A DNA stretch of 64,000 bases from contig CAWBHS010000006.1 of the NCBI GenBank assembly GCA_963788655.1, positions 32,001-96,000 of the forward strand, read 5' to 3'. Origin of the DNA: an uncultured Verrucomicrobiae bacterium (GTDB taxonomy: Bacteria > Verrucomicrobiota > Verrucomicrobiia > Limisphaerales > JAFGQR01). Within the stretch, counting starts at the first letter, position 1. The number at the start of each line of letters is the position of its first letter. A program made the translations under genes and the position numbers. The notes under the pieces are model-generated. The model made no database searches. It saw only the letters and a list, made by a program, of their open reading frames with translations, and was not told the DNA's origin. Below, one piece after another: positions 46,439 to 56,738 of the stretch.

Positions 46439-47266
46439 ATGATGTCGAACCTCCTCGGGCATTTCTTGAAAACCGCACCGGCCTTTCGCGGACGCGGTCG
46501 GTTGGTTCGTCATTGGGTCAACCGCCGACGTCGGCCGACGCTGCGAATGCGGACTCTGCCCGGTGGTGCGCGCATCCCCTGCGACCTCTCGGTGCCGTAC
46601 GAAGCCACGGTCTGGCTCCAGCAAGAAGAAGAGCGCGATCTGCAAGTGCTGCGGGAATTGCTGAAGCCGGGCCAGGTGTTCGTGGACGGCGGCGCCAACA
46701 TCGGTCTCTGGACCCTCGTAGCGGCGCGGGTCGTCCACTTGACCGGATTGGTGCTGGCCTTCGAGCCGAATCCCACCACGTTCTTGAGCCTGACCGCCAA
46801 CGTGGCGGCCAATGAGCTGGACGCCAGCACGCGACTGTTCAACCTGGCGTGTGGCGAAACCGCCGGGGAATTACCGTTCCGCTGTCACGCGGCTCACAAC
46901 CTTTCGCAAATCGTTCCGCACAGTGACGACCGCACCATCCAGGTTCCGGTGGCCACACTCGATACCGTGCTTGGCAATTCGGCCGTTCACGGACTCAAGT
47001 TGGACGTGGAAGGCTTTGAACTCGCCGCGCTCCGAGGTGCGGTTGCCATCCTGCAAACCCAACGACCGTGGATCTGCGTCGAGTTCAACCCGCTACTGGC
47101 AGGGCACACCCGGTTGCGCGACTGGCCGGTGCATCGTTGGCTTACCGACTTGGGCTACGCTGGCCGGCGGTTTGCAGAGGCATTGGATCATACCGCATCC
47201 GCCCGGCTGCCGAACGACTGGACGACGGCCGGTTACTGCAATCTGTTTTACAGACCACTTGGTTAA
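46439..47266 (+). CDS. FkbM-family methyltransferase
   Basis: VDGGANIG, AFEP, KLDVEGFE. Confidence 0.88.
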   Translation: MMSNLLGHFLKTAPAFRGRGRLVRHWVNRRRRPTLRMRTLPGGARIPCDLSVPYEATVWLQQEEERDLQVLRELLKPGQVFVDGGANIGLWTLVAARVVHLTGLVLAFEPNPTTFLSLTANVAANELDASTRLFNLACGETAGELPFRCHAAHNLSQIVPHSDDRTIQVPVATLDTVLGNSAVHGLKLDVEGFELAALRGAVAILQTQRPWICVEFNPLLAGHTRLRDWPVHRWLTDLGYAGRRFAEALDHTASARLPNDWTTAGYCNLFYRPLG

Positions 47267-48204
47267 TGTCCGAAGGCGATTTCCATCCGATCCAATTGAG
47301 CGTGGCCCTGGTGACGCGCAACCGCCCCGAGTCCTTGCGCCGTTGTTTGCGGAGCCTGCGAACGCAAAATCCGCAACCGTGTGAAGTGATTGTTGCCGAC
47401 GATTCCGATGCAATATTCGCTCCGGATGCAGCCGCGCTGGCCACCGCCTACGACTGCCGTTATGTGACCGGGCCGCGGCGCGGTCTTTATGCGAACCGCA
47501 ACTGTGCCGCCCGCGCCTGCCGCGGCACCCACGTCCGCACCATGGACGACGATCACACGTTTCCCGACGGACACTTCGCGCGCTGTCTGGCGGCGGTTCA
47601 TTCCGATCCGCGGGCGGTATGGACGACCGGAGAAACCTCCTATCTGAATGGCTTGCACTACGACACCGCGACCACGGCCAATCAGTTACACCCCTCGGGC
47701 GTGGGTTGTGCGGTATCCAATCCGGACGACAATTGGGCCATCGCCGACGGCTCGACAATTTACCCGCGCGAAGTGTTTGCGCGCGGTTTATGGATGGTGG
47801 AGGAGTTTGCGTATGGCTCCAGTTACCTGGAATTCGGAGCCTTGTTGCACCGCTGCGGGTACCGTAGCCGCTGCATTCGCGGTGCTCTCGTGGAGCACTA
47901 CATTGATCCCGAAACCATCCGGCGCCAGCGCGATCCACGAACGGCGCCGAGCCGCTTGTTCGCCAGTTTGTGCTACAACCTGTGCTTTCAACCCAACTGG
48001 CTGCGCGCCGGTCGGTATGCGTTGGCCTGTTGGCGCAGTGATCCGTCCAATCGGTCATTGCTGGCCAGCCTGCCGCGGTTTATCGCCGCCGCGCGAGCGC
48101 GATGGAGTATTGGAGCAACGATTGATGCGGCGACGAAGATCCCTGGGCTGCCGGACCAAGCTGGAAGCAGCAAACTCAGCGGGCGTGTTTCAGCAATTCG
48201 GTAA
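47266..48204 (+). CDS. GT2 glycosyltransferase
   Basis: VALVTRNRP, VADDS, GLYANRN, MDDDH. Confidence 0.82.
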   Translation: MSEGDFHPIQLSVALVTRNRPESLRRCLRSLRTQNPQPCEVIVADDSDAIFAPDAAALATAYDCRYVTGPRRGLYANRNCAARACRGTHVRTMDDDHTFPDGHFARCLAAVHSDPRAVWTTGETSYLNGLHYDTATTANQLHPSGVGCAVSNPDDNWAIADGSTIYPREVFARGLWMVEEFAYGSSYLEFGALLHRCGYRSRCIRGALVEHYIDPETIRRQRDPRTAPSRLFASLCYNLCFQPNWLRAGRYALACWRSDPSNRSLLASLPRFIAAARARWSIGATIDAATKIPGLPDQAGSSKLSGRVSAIR

Positions 48205-49031
48205 TGGTTCCGCTCGTCTCCCTTTCAACTTTGCGCCGCGGCCTGCAATCGTTGCTGGCGCGCCATCCGCACCTCTATTGCCGGCTGCTGGGTTGGATTC
48301 ACCGCGGCCGCCTCGAGCAAAGAATCTATCTCACGCTGACTCGGCCGGGGGACGTGGTGTTCGACGTGGGTGCGAATCAGGGGCATTTCACGTTGTTGTT
48401 TGCGGACCTGGTCGGGCCCTCCGGCGAGGTCCATGCCTTCGAGCCGTTACCGCCGACGTTTGCGCATTTGCGCACTGCCGTGGAGCAACACCCGCGCGCG
48501 GACAGGGTGCTGCTCAACAACGTCGCCTGCACCGAACATCCGTGCGAAATCACCCTGCACGTGCCGGACGACGATGGCGGACAAGCGTCGTTGCGACGGC
48601 AGCGTGAGGGATCGTGGCGTTCCGCCGAAGGCCTCTCCATGCTGCCGGTCCAAGCCATTCGCTTGGACGACTACGAACGTGGTCGGGCGGCGGACCAAGT
48701 CGATTTTGTCAAATGCGACGTCGAAGGGGCCGAGCTCTTGGTGCTACGGGGCATGACGAACAAACTGGCCCGACACTCACCGCTGTTGTTCCTGGAGGTC
48801 AATGCGGCCTGGACCGAGCCCTTTGGATATCGTCCCGCCGATCTGATCGCGTTCCTCGAATTGATGGGCTATGATTCGTTTTATCTGGTAACGGATCAAA
48901 TATCACCCATGGCCGATCCCGGCGCCACGGTCGCCATGGCGGCAGCAAGTGAAGCAATCAATGTGCTTTGCGCCCACGCGGAACATCACGCGGAGCGGCT
49001 GCAAAGTCTGGCAGTGATCCGGTCGCACTGA
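48204..49031 (+). CDS. FkbM-family methyltransferase
   Basis: FDVGANQG, HAFEP, KCDVEGAE. Confidence 0.88.
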   Translation: MVPLVSLSTLRRGLQSLLARHPHLYCRLLGWIHRGRLEQRIYLTLTRPGDVVFDVGANQGHFTLLFADLVGPSGEVHAFEPLPPTFAHLRTAVEQHPRADRVLLNNVACTEHPCEITLHVPDDDGGQASLRRQREGSWRSAEGLSMLPVQAIRLDDYERGRAADQVDFVKCDVEGAELLVLRGMTNKLARHSPLLFLEVNAAWTEPFGYRPADLIAFLELMGYDSFYLVTDQISPMADPGATVAMAAASEAINVLCAHAEHHAERLQSLAVIRSH

Positions 49032-49053
49032 GCGGTATGAATTCACGCAACCT

Positions 49054-49198
49054 GGGGAGCGTGCCCGCCTCGGGCGCTGTCAATGGCGCCTCGCCATCGA
49101 CTCGAATAGTGCCGGGCGTTGAAACCATTGTGAGCCATCCTCCGTCCGATGGTCGGCGCGAGGCGCGCCGACCGACAGGCGGGGCGCCTGTGGTCCCC
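49054..49198. repeat. Composite REP element (sister of 59175-59296)
   Basis: GGGGAGCGTGCCCGCCTCGGGCGCT..GGCGCCTCGCC at both sites, ending in GGCGGGGCGCCTGT. Confidence 0.7.
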
Positions 49199-49288
49199 AT
49201 GCGAGTCTGTTTGAAGGGTGGTAGCAGCCGACGTAAGGAGGCTTACTTTTATGGCTAGGAGTCCGGCTGCCAATTTCAAGTTCTCACC

Positions 49289-50413
49289 ATGTCCTGGAAA
49301 CGGTGTTTGATGGAAGCAGCGGTATGGTCCGCTGGCCGGCTGGCCCATTCGGTTTCGACGCTGCCGGCCAATCCGCGGTCGATTTTCGTCCTGCGCAACA
49401 ATGACCTGGGCGATGTGCTGGTGATCACGCCGCTGTTCGAAGCGCTGCGGAAGCGCTTTCCTGGCGCGCGCTTGGTTGCTGGGGTCGGCAGTTGGAGCGC
49501 GCCGTTGCTCGAGGACAATCCTTATGTCTCCGAAATCGTGCCGGTCAACGCCCCCTGGCACAATAAAGTCATCACCCCTAACGGCAGGCAGGCGGCCTTC
49601 CAATACATTTATGCCTCCGCCGAGGCACGCGCGTTGTCGCGCCGACGGTTCGACATCGGCATTGACGTACTGGGAAGTCCGTGGGGTTCGTTATTGCTGA
49701 TGCGTTGTGGCATCCCGTATCGATTGGGGGTGCAAGGATACGCCGGGGGACACAGCGCGACGCAGCAGTCCGTGCTATTCAACTCACGCGAACAGGTCGG
49801 ACGCGCGGCGTTGCGCTTTGCGGAATTGCTCGGCGCAACGAGCCTGCCGCATAATCAGCCGCAAATTTTCCTGAGCCCAGAAGAACAGGAGACTGCCGAA
49901 CGACGCTGGCATCAACTCGGTTTACCGATTCCCAACCTGGCGACGCGGATCGTGGTGGCACCGGGTGGCGGCTTTCCGGAGAAATGTTGGCCCCGCTCGC
50001 ACTGGGCGGAATTGCTGCACCTATTGGGCGACGAAATCACATGTTCGCTCCTGGTGGTCGGCAGCCAAGCCGACCAGCGCGCCGGCGCCGAACTGGCGCA
50101 AGCACATCCGCTGGTGCGCAGTCTCTGCGGTCAGACCAGTCTGCGGGAAACCTGCGCGTTGGTCGCCCGCGCTGATCTGGTCATCTGCAATTCCAGTTTC
50201 CTGATGCACGTGGCCGCGGCCTTGGGCAAACCGGCGGTCGTAATACTCGGTGGCTGGTTTCCGTCGGCCACGGATCATGAGGTTCAGTGGGGTTACCCCA
50301 AGGGCATGGTCGTGTTCGGCCGGGACAGGGATCGTCCGCGCATCTTTTCGCCACGCGAAGTCTATGCCGCGCTCGAGGATTTCTTCACCAACCACCAGGC
50401 GCTGGCCGCATGA
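49289..50413 (+). CDS. GT9 (heptosyltransferase-like) glycosyltransferase
   Basis: LGDVLVITP, PGGG..KCWP, LCGQTSL, NSSFLMHVAAALGKP. Confidence 0.85.
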   Translation: MSWKRCLMEAAVWSAGRLAHSVSTLPANPRSIFVLRNNDLGDVLVITPLFEALRKRFPGARLVAGVGSWSAPLLEDNPYVSEIVPVNAPWHNKVITPNGRQAAFQYIYASAEARALSRRRFDIGIDVLGSPWGSLLLMRCGIPYRLGVQGYAGGHSATQQSVLFNSREQVGRAALRFAELLGATSLPHNQPQIFLSPEEQETAERRWHQLGLPIPNLATRIVVAPGGGFPEKCWPRSHWAELLHLLGDEITCSLLVVGSQADQRAGAELAQAHPLVRSLCGQTSLRETCALVARADLVICNSSFLMHVAAALGKPAVVILGGWFPSATDHEVQWGYPKGMVVFGRDRDRPRIFSPREVYAALEDFFTNHQALAA

Positions 50414-51540
50414 AGATTGCCTTTCTCACCAGTTGCCTGGCGCCGGGCAAAGACGGCGTCGGCGATTACACGCAGTTGCTGGCGGAAGAGTGTGAACGCC
50501 TCGGACACCGTTGTGCGCTGCTGGCGCTGAACGACAAATTTGCAGCGGACGAATCAAGCCCGGGCTTGCGCTTGAGCGCCGACCGGCCCTGGTCCGAACG
50601 TCTGGCGCAGGCCCGGAGTTTTTTGGAGTGGTTCAAGCCGGACGCGGTGAGTCTCCAGTTCGTTTGTTACGGCTATCATCCCAAGGGCATCCAACCGCGG
50701 CTGGCCAAATGGTTTCAACCGCTGATCAACGGCGCGCGATTGCACCTCATGCTGCACGAGCTATGGATCGGCGAGGAAACCGGGGCGTCGCTCAAGGCGC
50801 GTTTGATCGGCGCCGCCCAGCGCTGGAGTGTGTTGAACATGGTGCGTCGGCTGCAACCGAACGTGGTCAGCACCACCAATCCCGCCTATCAAAGCGTCCT
50901 TCGGCACCGCGGGATTGCCGCCGGCCAACTGCCCTTGTTCAGTCCCATCCCGGTGCGGCCCGCCGGACAGAGCGCCTGGGTGTTCGACGAGTTGCAACGC
51001 GGCGGCGTTTCCGTCACCCCCGAGACGCGCGATACGTATTGGCTTTTTGGTTTCTTCGGCACGCTGCATCCAGTCTGGCCGCCGGAACCGCTGTTCGCTT
51101 ATCTGCGCGAAGCGGCCTGGCGCCACGGCAAACGCCTCGGAGTCTGCGCCATTGGACGAATCGGCTCCGGCGAGGTTCGCTGGAAAACCATGACTCGCGA
51201 TTACGCGGGGGCGTTTGCTTTTTGCCCATTCGGCGAGCAACCGCCGGAGCGGGTGTCGGATTTTCTGCACGCCATGGATTTCGGGATTGCCACGTCTCCC
51301 TTGGTCCTGCTCGGCAAGAGTGGGACGGCCACCGCGATGATCGAACATGGCCTGCCGGTTATTGTGAATCGCAACGAAGTGCGTTTTCGGGCCCACGCCG
51401 AGACGCCCAACGGCACCTCGCCGCTGGTGGTGCGGATGGATCCCGAACTGCCGCGCAAACTGGCCGCAATACGCCGCCAGCCACCGCAACCGACGTTGCC
51501 CACGGTGGCCAGAAAATTCTTGTATGAACTCGAACGCTGA
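50410..51540 (+). CDS. GT-B fold glycosyltransferase
   Basis: DGVGDYT, HELW, FGFFG, KSGTATAMIEHGLPV. Confidence 0.75.
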   Translation: MKIAFLTSCLAPGKDGVGDYTQLLAEECERLGHRCALLALNDKFAADESSPGLRLSADRPWSERLAQARSFLEWFKPDAVSLQFVCYGYHPKGIQPRLAKWFQPLINGARLHLMLHELWIGEETGASLKARLIGAAQRWSVLNMVRRLQPNVVSTTNPAYQSVLRHRGIAAGQLPLFSPIPVRPAGQSAWVFDELQRGGVSVTPETRDTYWLFGFFGTLHPVWPPEPLFAYLREAAWRHGKRLGVCAIGRIGSGEVRWKTMTRDYAGAFAFCPFGEQPPERVSDFLHAMDFGIATSPLVLLGKSGTATAMIEHGLPVIVNRNEVRFRAHAETPNGTSPLVVRMDPELPRKLAAIRRQPPQPTLPTVARKFLYELER

Positions 51541-52279
51541 ACGGAGTTATTCCCCGGCTCCCCAATCGCCGCGGCCGTTGCGTGACTTCTTCCAATACCG
51601 CCTGTCCACGCTCTGCGCGCAGCCACGGATCACGGGAGCGGACGCCGGCTTTGCCCTGCCCAATTCGTCGCTCGCCTTGTTGCGCGACATCATCGACGAA
51701 CTCGAACTGAAGCAAGTGTTTGAATTTGGCACGGGCCGTAGCACCCAATTATTTCTGGACTGCGGTTGCCATGTGACCGCCGTCGAAGACAACGAAGATT
51801 GGTTGCGGCGCACGCTAATGGCGTTGGCCTGGGAGCCGCGCTCGCGGTTGCGCGCCAAGTTGTGTCCGTTGAAAACCGTGTACGACGACGGCTCACCGTT
51901 CCTGGGCTGGCGACTGGACCGGGAACAACGGCAGGCACTGCGGGACGCGGAATTGGTGTTGATCGATTCGCCGGCCTTTCCGCCCTTTCGCGAACACGCG
52001 CTCATCACGGCCTTGAAACTGAACCGCCGCGCGGTGGTCGTGCTGGATGACGCCGCCATTCCCACGGTCCAACGTTTTTGCACGCGGTTGACCGCTCGCA
52101 ACCAGCTCGTGCGACATTACACCCGGATGGACCACGGATTGTTCTTCTTTTGTCCGCCACCCGCCGACACTCGGCTTGACACGGCGCGCGGTTGGGTGGA
52201 AACGGTGAAAGCTTGGCGCCGTTACGTGCTGGGGTCGCGACTTTGCTTCCGTCCGAAAGGCACCGCCGTTCCGTTATGA
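51524..52279 (+). CDS. Class I SAM methyltransferase-like protein
   Basis: VFEFGTGRST, AVED, LIDSP, VLDDA. Confidence 0.7.
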   Translation: MNSNAERSYSPAPQSPRPLRDFFQYRLSTLCAQPRITGADAGFALPNSSLALLRDIIDELELKQVFEFGTGRSTQLFLDCGCHVTAVEDNEDWLRRTLMALAWEPRSRLRAKLCPLKTVYDDGSPFLGWRLDREQRQALRDAELVLIDSPAFPPFREHALITALKLNRRAVVVLDDAAIPTVQRFCTRLTARNQLVRHYTRMDHGLFFFCPPPADTRLDTARGWVETVKAWRRYVLGSRLCFRPKGTAVPL

Positions 52280-53529
52280 AGATATTGATGTCCTCGCACT
52301 TGTTCCCGCCCAGCGTGGGCGGCATCGAACGCGTCGGCTGGCTGCTGGCGCGGGGCTTTGCCGAACTGGGACACGAGGTGCGCGTGGTGACGCAGACGCC
52401 GGCAGGCGGCCAAGGAAATTGTGGTGTTGCGCCTTTAGCTAGAAAAATTCGCACGCCGCTTGAACCACTGACAGCTTGTAGCCGCCGACGTGAGGAGGCG
52501 GAGGAGGGTCAGGAAACATTGGATCCGCCTCCTGATGTCGGCGGCGGTCATGGGGATAACTGGAGTGCCGAACCGCCTCGTCTCTCGCTGGTCGCGCGCG
52601 CACCGGAAGTCGTACGCCGCCCTTCCTGGACCGAACTCGTGCGGGCCGTTCGCTGGTGTGACTTGTATTTGCACAACAACATCAGCCTGCAAACGGCCTG
52701 GCCATTATTGTTTGCGCGGCGGCCATGGGTGCTGGTGCATCACACCTGGATTGCGCGGGTCAATGGCACGCTGGGTTGGCGGGATCACCTCAAGCGCCTG
52801 GCGGCGCGATGGGGCTTTTCGATCACCGTCAGCACAGCGATGGGCCGGGCGTTGCCGGTTTCGTCCATCGTTCTGCCCAATCCTTACGATGACGAACTGT
52901 TTCAGGAACTGCCGGGCGTTGAGCGCGACCAGGAGTTGATCTTTGTGGGCCGCTTGGTGTCGGACAAAGGAGCCGACGTGCTGATCGAAGCCTTGGCGAA
53001 ATTGCGACAGCAAAACCTGACGCCGCGTTTGACTCTGGTAGGCGATGGACCGGCGGCGGCCCGATTGAAAGCGCTCGCTTATGAACGCGGCGTGAAACCG
53101 CAGATCACCTTCGCCGGGGCGAAGACGGGGCTCGAACTGGTTGAGTTGCTGAATCGGCACCGGATTATGGTGGTGCCATCGCGATGGCAGGAACCGTTCG
53201 GCCTGGTGGCGCTGGAAGGCATTGCGTGCGGATGTGTCGTCGTCGGCTCCAGCGGCGGCGGATTGCCGGAAGCCATCGGGCCGTGCGGGGTAACGTTTCC
53301 CAACGGCAACAGCGAGCGGTTGGCGGAAGCGCTGGGAGACTTGCTCCGAAACCCGGCTGCATTGGACGGCTATCGCGCGCCAGCCCGGGCGCATTTGCGG
53401 CCGCACCAGCGCAAACACGTCGCGCAGGCTTATCTGACCGTCTTCCAAAACTTGCTACAATTGAAACGGCACAATCCATTCGCCATTCCACCTAGGCAAC
53501 AAACGGTTCCCGTGAAACGCGCCGCTTGA
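52276..53529 (+). CDS. GT4 glycosyltransferase with an in-frame REPIN insert
   Basis: PSVGGIE, FVGRLVSDKG, EPFGLVALEG; REP at 52478-52550. Confidence 0.88.
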   Translation: MKILMSSHLFPPSVGGIERVGWLLARGFAELGHEVRVVTQTPAGGQGNCGVAPLARKIRTPLEPLTACSRRREEAEEGQETLDPPPDVGGGHGDNWSAEPPRLSLVARAPEVVRRPSWTELVRAVRWCDLYLHNNISLQTAWPLLFARRPWVLVHHTWIARVNGTLGWRDHLKRLAARWGFSITVSTAMGRALPVSSIVLPNPYDDELFQELPGVERDQELIFVGRLVSDKGADVLIEALAKLRQQNLTPRLTLVGDGPAAARLKALAYERGVKPQITFAGAKTGLELVELLNRHRIMVVPSRWQEPFGLVALEGIACGCVVVGSSGGGLPEAIGPCGVTFPNGNSERLAEALGDLLRNPAALDGYRAPARAHLRPHQRKHVAQAYLTVFQNLLQLKRHNPFAIPPRQQTVPVKRAA

Positions 53530-53595
53530 GCAGCCGTTACTATGAAGCAGCGTGGGGGCAGTTAACGGCCACTTGCCTGTTGAAAGCGCCGGCAA

Positions 53596-53709
53596 CGTGC
53601 TGCCGGCGTCCCGCCGGCAGAAACGGATGTGGTGAGAGCGGCCGAACCATTGTCCTAAAATCGACCGCTGTTTGTCCGTTCGATCTGCCGGCAGGATGCC
53701 GGCAGCACG
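53596..53709. repeat. REP doublet (GTGCTGCCGGCATCCTGCCGGCAG family)
   Basis: CGTGCTGCCGGCGTCCCGCCGGCAGA ... TCTGCCGGCAGGATGCCGGCAGCACG. Confidence 0.75.
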
Positions 53710-53881
53710 CTGGTGCTGGCGTTCACTTGGAACACGCGATGCCATGTCGCGCAAACGTTTGGCCGTGTGTGGGGCTTGCTCCCGCTTTCGTTCGCAGCCG
53801 AACGCTCCTAAAGCAAACCAGCGCAGCTATGAAATTTGACGGCGTCTCGTCAGCGACAAGTGTCGCGTCAATGGTGAACGC

Positions 53882-55237
53882 ATGATTCTCATCAGCCATC
53901 CCACGGGAAATACGTTCGTGCGAGCCCTGTTGCAGGGACTTGCCGACGGGGGCCGCGATTATACGTTTCACACGACCTTGGCGGCAGACACAAACCGATG
54001 GTGGACTCGCTGCTTGCCAACCGGTTTGCGCCGGGAATGGATGCGCCGCTCGTTTCCGGTGCCGCAAACACGTTGCCGGCAGCACCCCGTTCGCGAATTT
54101 GGACGGCTGCTTTCTGCCCGTCTGGGACTGGCACCGCTGGTGCGGCATGAGACGGGGGTGTTCTCCGTCGATGCGGTGTATCGGGGTCTGGATCGAGCGG
54201 TGGCAGGCAAACTGCGAACGATGGTCGGCACTCAACCAGTGCAGTCGGTGTATGCCTACGAGGACGGCGCCCACGCCACGTTCGTTACGGCAAAGGAAAG
54301 GGGCATCCAGTGCTGCTACGAATTGCCCATCGCGTATTGGGAAACGTGCCGGCAATTGTTGTCCGAAGAGGTCCAACGCTGGCCGGAATGGGAACCGACG
54401 TTGCTGGCCGCGCGGGATTCCGACGCCAAGTTGCAACGCAAGACCGAGGAACTGTTACTCGCCGACGTGGTGATTTGTCCCAGCCAGTTTGTTTATCGCT
54501 CGCTGCCGCCGCCCATCCGGAACGCGAAACGATGCGTGATCGCAGAATTTGGATCACCCGCGGTGCCGGTCTTGGGATTGAATCGTGGCGGTATCCCGGC
54601 CGGGTTCAGGGCAAGAGCGACGCAAACGATTTGCGAAAGTCAGCGCCTCTTTGCGTCGGCTGCTACCCGCCCGGAAGGGCGCGCCCCGTTGCGAGTCTTG
54701 TTTGCCGGCGCGATGACGCAACGCAAAGGGCTGGCCGATGTCTTTGCCGCGATGCGCCTGCTCCGACGTAGCCACGTGGAATTGGTGGTCATGGGATCGC
54801 CACTGCTGCCGCTCGAATTCTATCGGCGCCAGTTTTCAAATTTCCTTTATGAACCACCGCGCGCGCACGGTGATTTTCTTGAGTTGATGCAGCAATGCGA
54901 CGTGCTCGTGCTGCCTTCAATTGTCGAAGGGCGGGCGCTGGTGCAGCAGGAGGCGCTGAGCTGCGGTCTCCCCCTGATTGTGACCGCCAACGCCGGCGGC
55001 GAGGATTTGATCGAAGCAGGCCAAACCGGCTGGTTGGTGCCGACCGGCGATCCGGAGGCGCTGGCGGAAAAGCTCACTTGGTTTACGGATCATCGCCGGG
55101 AGTTGCCGGCCATGCGTGAAGCCGCCCGCACCAAAGCCGCCGCCTACACTTGGGAACGCTATGCTCAAAAGATCCTGCAGACGGTGGCGCCAACCAAGCC
55201 GTCGGCGTCCACCCTGGCCGCCGCCATAGCCGCTTGA
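53882..55237 (+). CDS. GT4 glycosyltransferase with a partial REP insert
   Basis: SHPTGN, LFAGAMTQRKG, PSIVEGRALVQQEALSCGLP. Confidence 0.88.
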   Translation: MILISHPTGNTFVRALLQGLADGGRDYTFHTTLAADTNRWWTRCLPTGLRREWMRRSFPVPQTRCRQHPVREFGRLLSARLGLAPLVRHETGVFSVDAVYRGLDRAVAGKLRTMVGTQPVQSVYAYEDGAHATFVTAKERGIQCCYELPIAYWETCRQLLSEEVQRWPEWEPTLLAARDSDAKLQRKTEELLLADVVICPSQFVYRSLPPPIRNAKRCVIAEFGSPAVPVLGLNRGGIPAGFRARATQTICESQRLFASAATRPEGRAPLRVLFAGAMTQRKGLADVFAAMRLLRRSHVELVVMGSPLLPLEFYRRQFSNFLYEPPRAHGDFLELMQQCDVLVLPSIVEGRALVQQEALSCGLPLIVTANAGGEDLIEAGQTGWLVPTGDPEALAEKLTWFTDHRRELPAMREAARTKAAAYTWERYAQKILQTVAPTKPSASTLAAAIAA

Positions 55238-55245
55238 ATGAAACG

Positions 55246-56685
55246 ATGACAAATTCGCCCGTCAACTATTCGGGAGCCGCAACTTCGGCGAAGGAGGGCA
55301 TTACGCGGAAGCGAAAAGCCGACGCCAAAACGATTCTGCGACGGCTGCTCTGGCTCTATTTCTGGCTGCTGATCTTTGAAGGCGCCATGCGCAAATGGCT
55401 GTGGCCGCAATTCTCGGCGCCGTTGTTGATCATCCGCGACCCGCTGGTGATGGGGATGTATTTCCTCGCGTTGCGGCACGACCTGTTTCCTCAGAGCGGT
55501 TTCCTCAAGGCGCTACTCAAGCTGGCGATTATTTGCGGATTCATCGCCGTGTTGCAGTTTCTACTGTTGGGAGTTTCCGCCAGCGTGCTGGTTTACGGGT
55601 GGCGTACGGCGTTCCTGCATCTGCCCCTGATTTTCCTGGTGCCGGAGATTTTCGGCCTCGAAGACCTGCGGCGCCTGGGAAAATGGATGCTTGTGCTCGC
55701 CATCCCGATGACGCTGCTCATGGCGTATCAGTTCAAGTCCCCGTCGGAGGCCTGGATCAATCGCGCCCCCGGCCTGAACGGCGGCAAGCAGTTGTATGCG
55801 GCCATGCAACGCGTCCGGCCACCGGGCACTTTCTCGTTCATTACCGGACCGGTCTGCTTCTTTTCCTTGGCCGCCGCGTATCTGTTGTTTGCCATGCGGA
55901 AAGGACGCGAAGGTTATTCGCCCTTGTTGTTGGCGGGGGCCGGCATCAGCGTGATTCTGGCGGGGGCGATTTCGGGGAGCCGCTCGGTGATCGTGTCGGC
56001 GGGCATCGTGATGGCGGGATGGCTGTTGGGCCTCGCCGCCTCGCGGCAAGCCTCAAGCCGCGTTCCCCGAACTCTGCTGTTGGTGGGATTATCCTTGCTC
56101 GTGCTGACGCAGGTGGGTTTGTTCAAGGAAGGCACCGAGGTGCTCTCCACCCGTTGGGAAATGGCCGCGTCGTCGGAACGCGCGGGGGGCGGAATGGCGG
56201 GCCGTATTCTCAATTCGCTGGTGTCCCCGTTGATGGTGCTGCCCTCCGTGCCACTGCTGGGGGAAGGTTTGGGGGTGGGCACCAACGTCGGGGCGCACTT
56301 GTTAACCGGACATACCCAGTTCCTCCTGGCGGAGGAGGAATGGGGACGCCTTGTGCTCGAGATGGGACCACTGGTAGGCTTGGCGTTCATCTTGTTTCGC
56401 GTCACCCTCGCGGTGTGGTTGGCGCGCCAAAGTGTCCAGTGCGCCAGCGCGGGCCATCTGCTGCCCTTGCTGCTGTTCAGCGCCTGTGCCGCGAACCTGT
56501 TGACCGGCCAGATTGCCCAACCCAATATTCTAGGATTCACCGCGCTGGGAACCGGGTTGTGCCTGAGCGCGATCAAGGGCGTGACTGTTTCCGCCGACCA
56601 GCAGACATGGAAGCCGCGCTCGCCGCGATGGTATCCTTTAAAACTCTGCGCGAGGGCGGATGAAAAGGACCGGAGAGCAGCATAG
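55246..56685 (+). CDS. Wzy-like polysaccharide polymerase (multi-TM)
   Basis: LLIFEGAMRKW, RPPGTFSF, SGSRS, GEGLGVGTN, EEEWGRLVLEMG. Confidence 0.7.
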   Translation: MTNSPVNYSGAATSAKEGITRKRKADAKTILRRLLWLYFWLLIFEGAMRKWLWPQFSAPLLIIRDPLVMGMYFLALRHDLFPQSGFLKALLKLAIICGFIAVLQFLLLGVSASVLVYGWRTAFLHLPLIFLVPEIFGLEDLRRLGKWMLVLAIPMTLLMAYQFKSPSEAWINRAPGLNGGKQLYAAMQRVRPPGTFSFITGPVCFFSLAAAYLLFAMRKGREGYSPLLLAGAGISVILAGAISGSRSVIVSAGIVMAGWLLGLAASRQASSRVPRTLLLVGLSLLVLTQVGLFKEGTEVLSTRWEMAASSERAGGGMAGRILNSLVSPLMVLPSVPLLGEGLGVGTNVGAHLLTGHTQFLLAEEEWGRLVLEMGPLVGLAFILFRVTLAVWLARQSVQCASAGHLLPLLLFSACAANLLTGQIAQPNILGFTALGTGLCLSAIKGVTVSADQQTWKPRSPRWYPLKLCARADEKDRRAA

Positions 56686-56738
56686 GAAAAGACCGCCAGT
56701 CCGCATTTCAGAATTCTGGCAAACTGAGCCGCCTGGAA

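Noticed and set aside
53526..53885. 119-aa ORF bridging two GT4 genes
   Set aside because: Largely translated REP palindromes, although its ends overlap both neighbours; no protein features.
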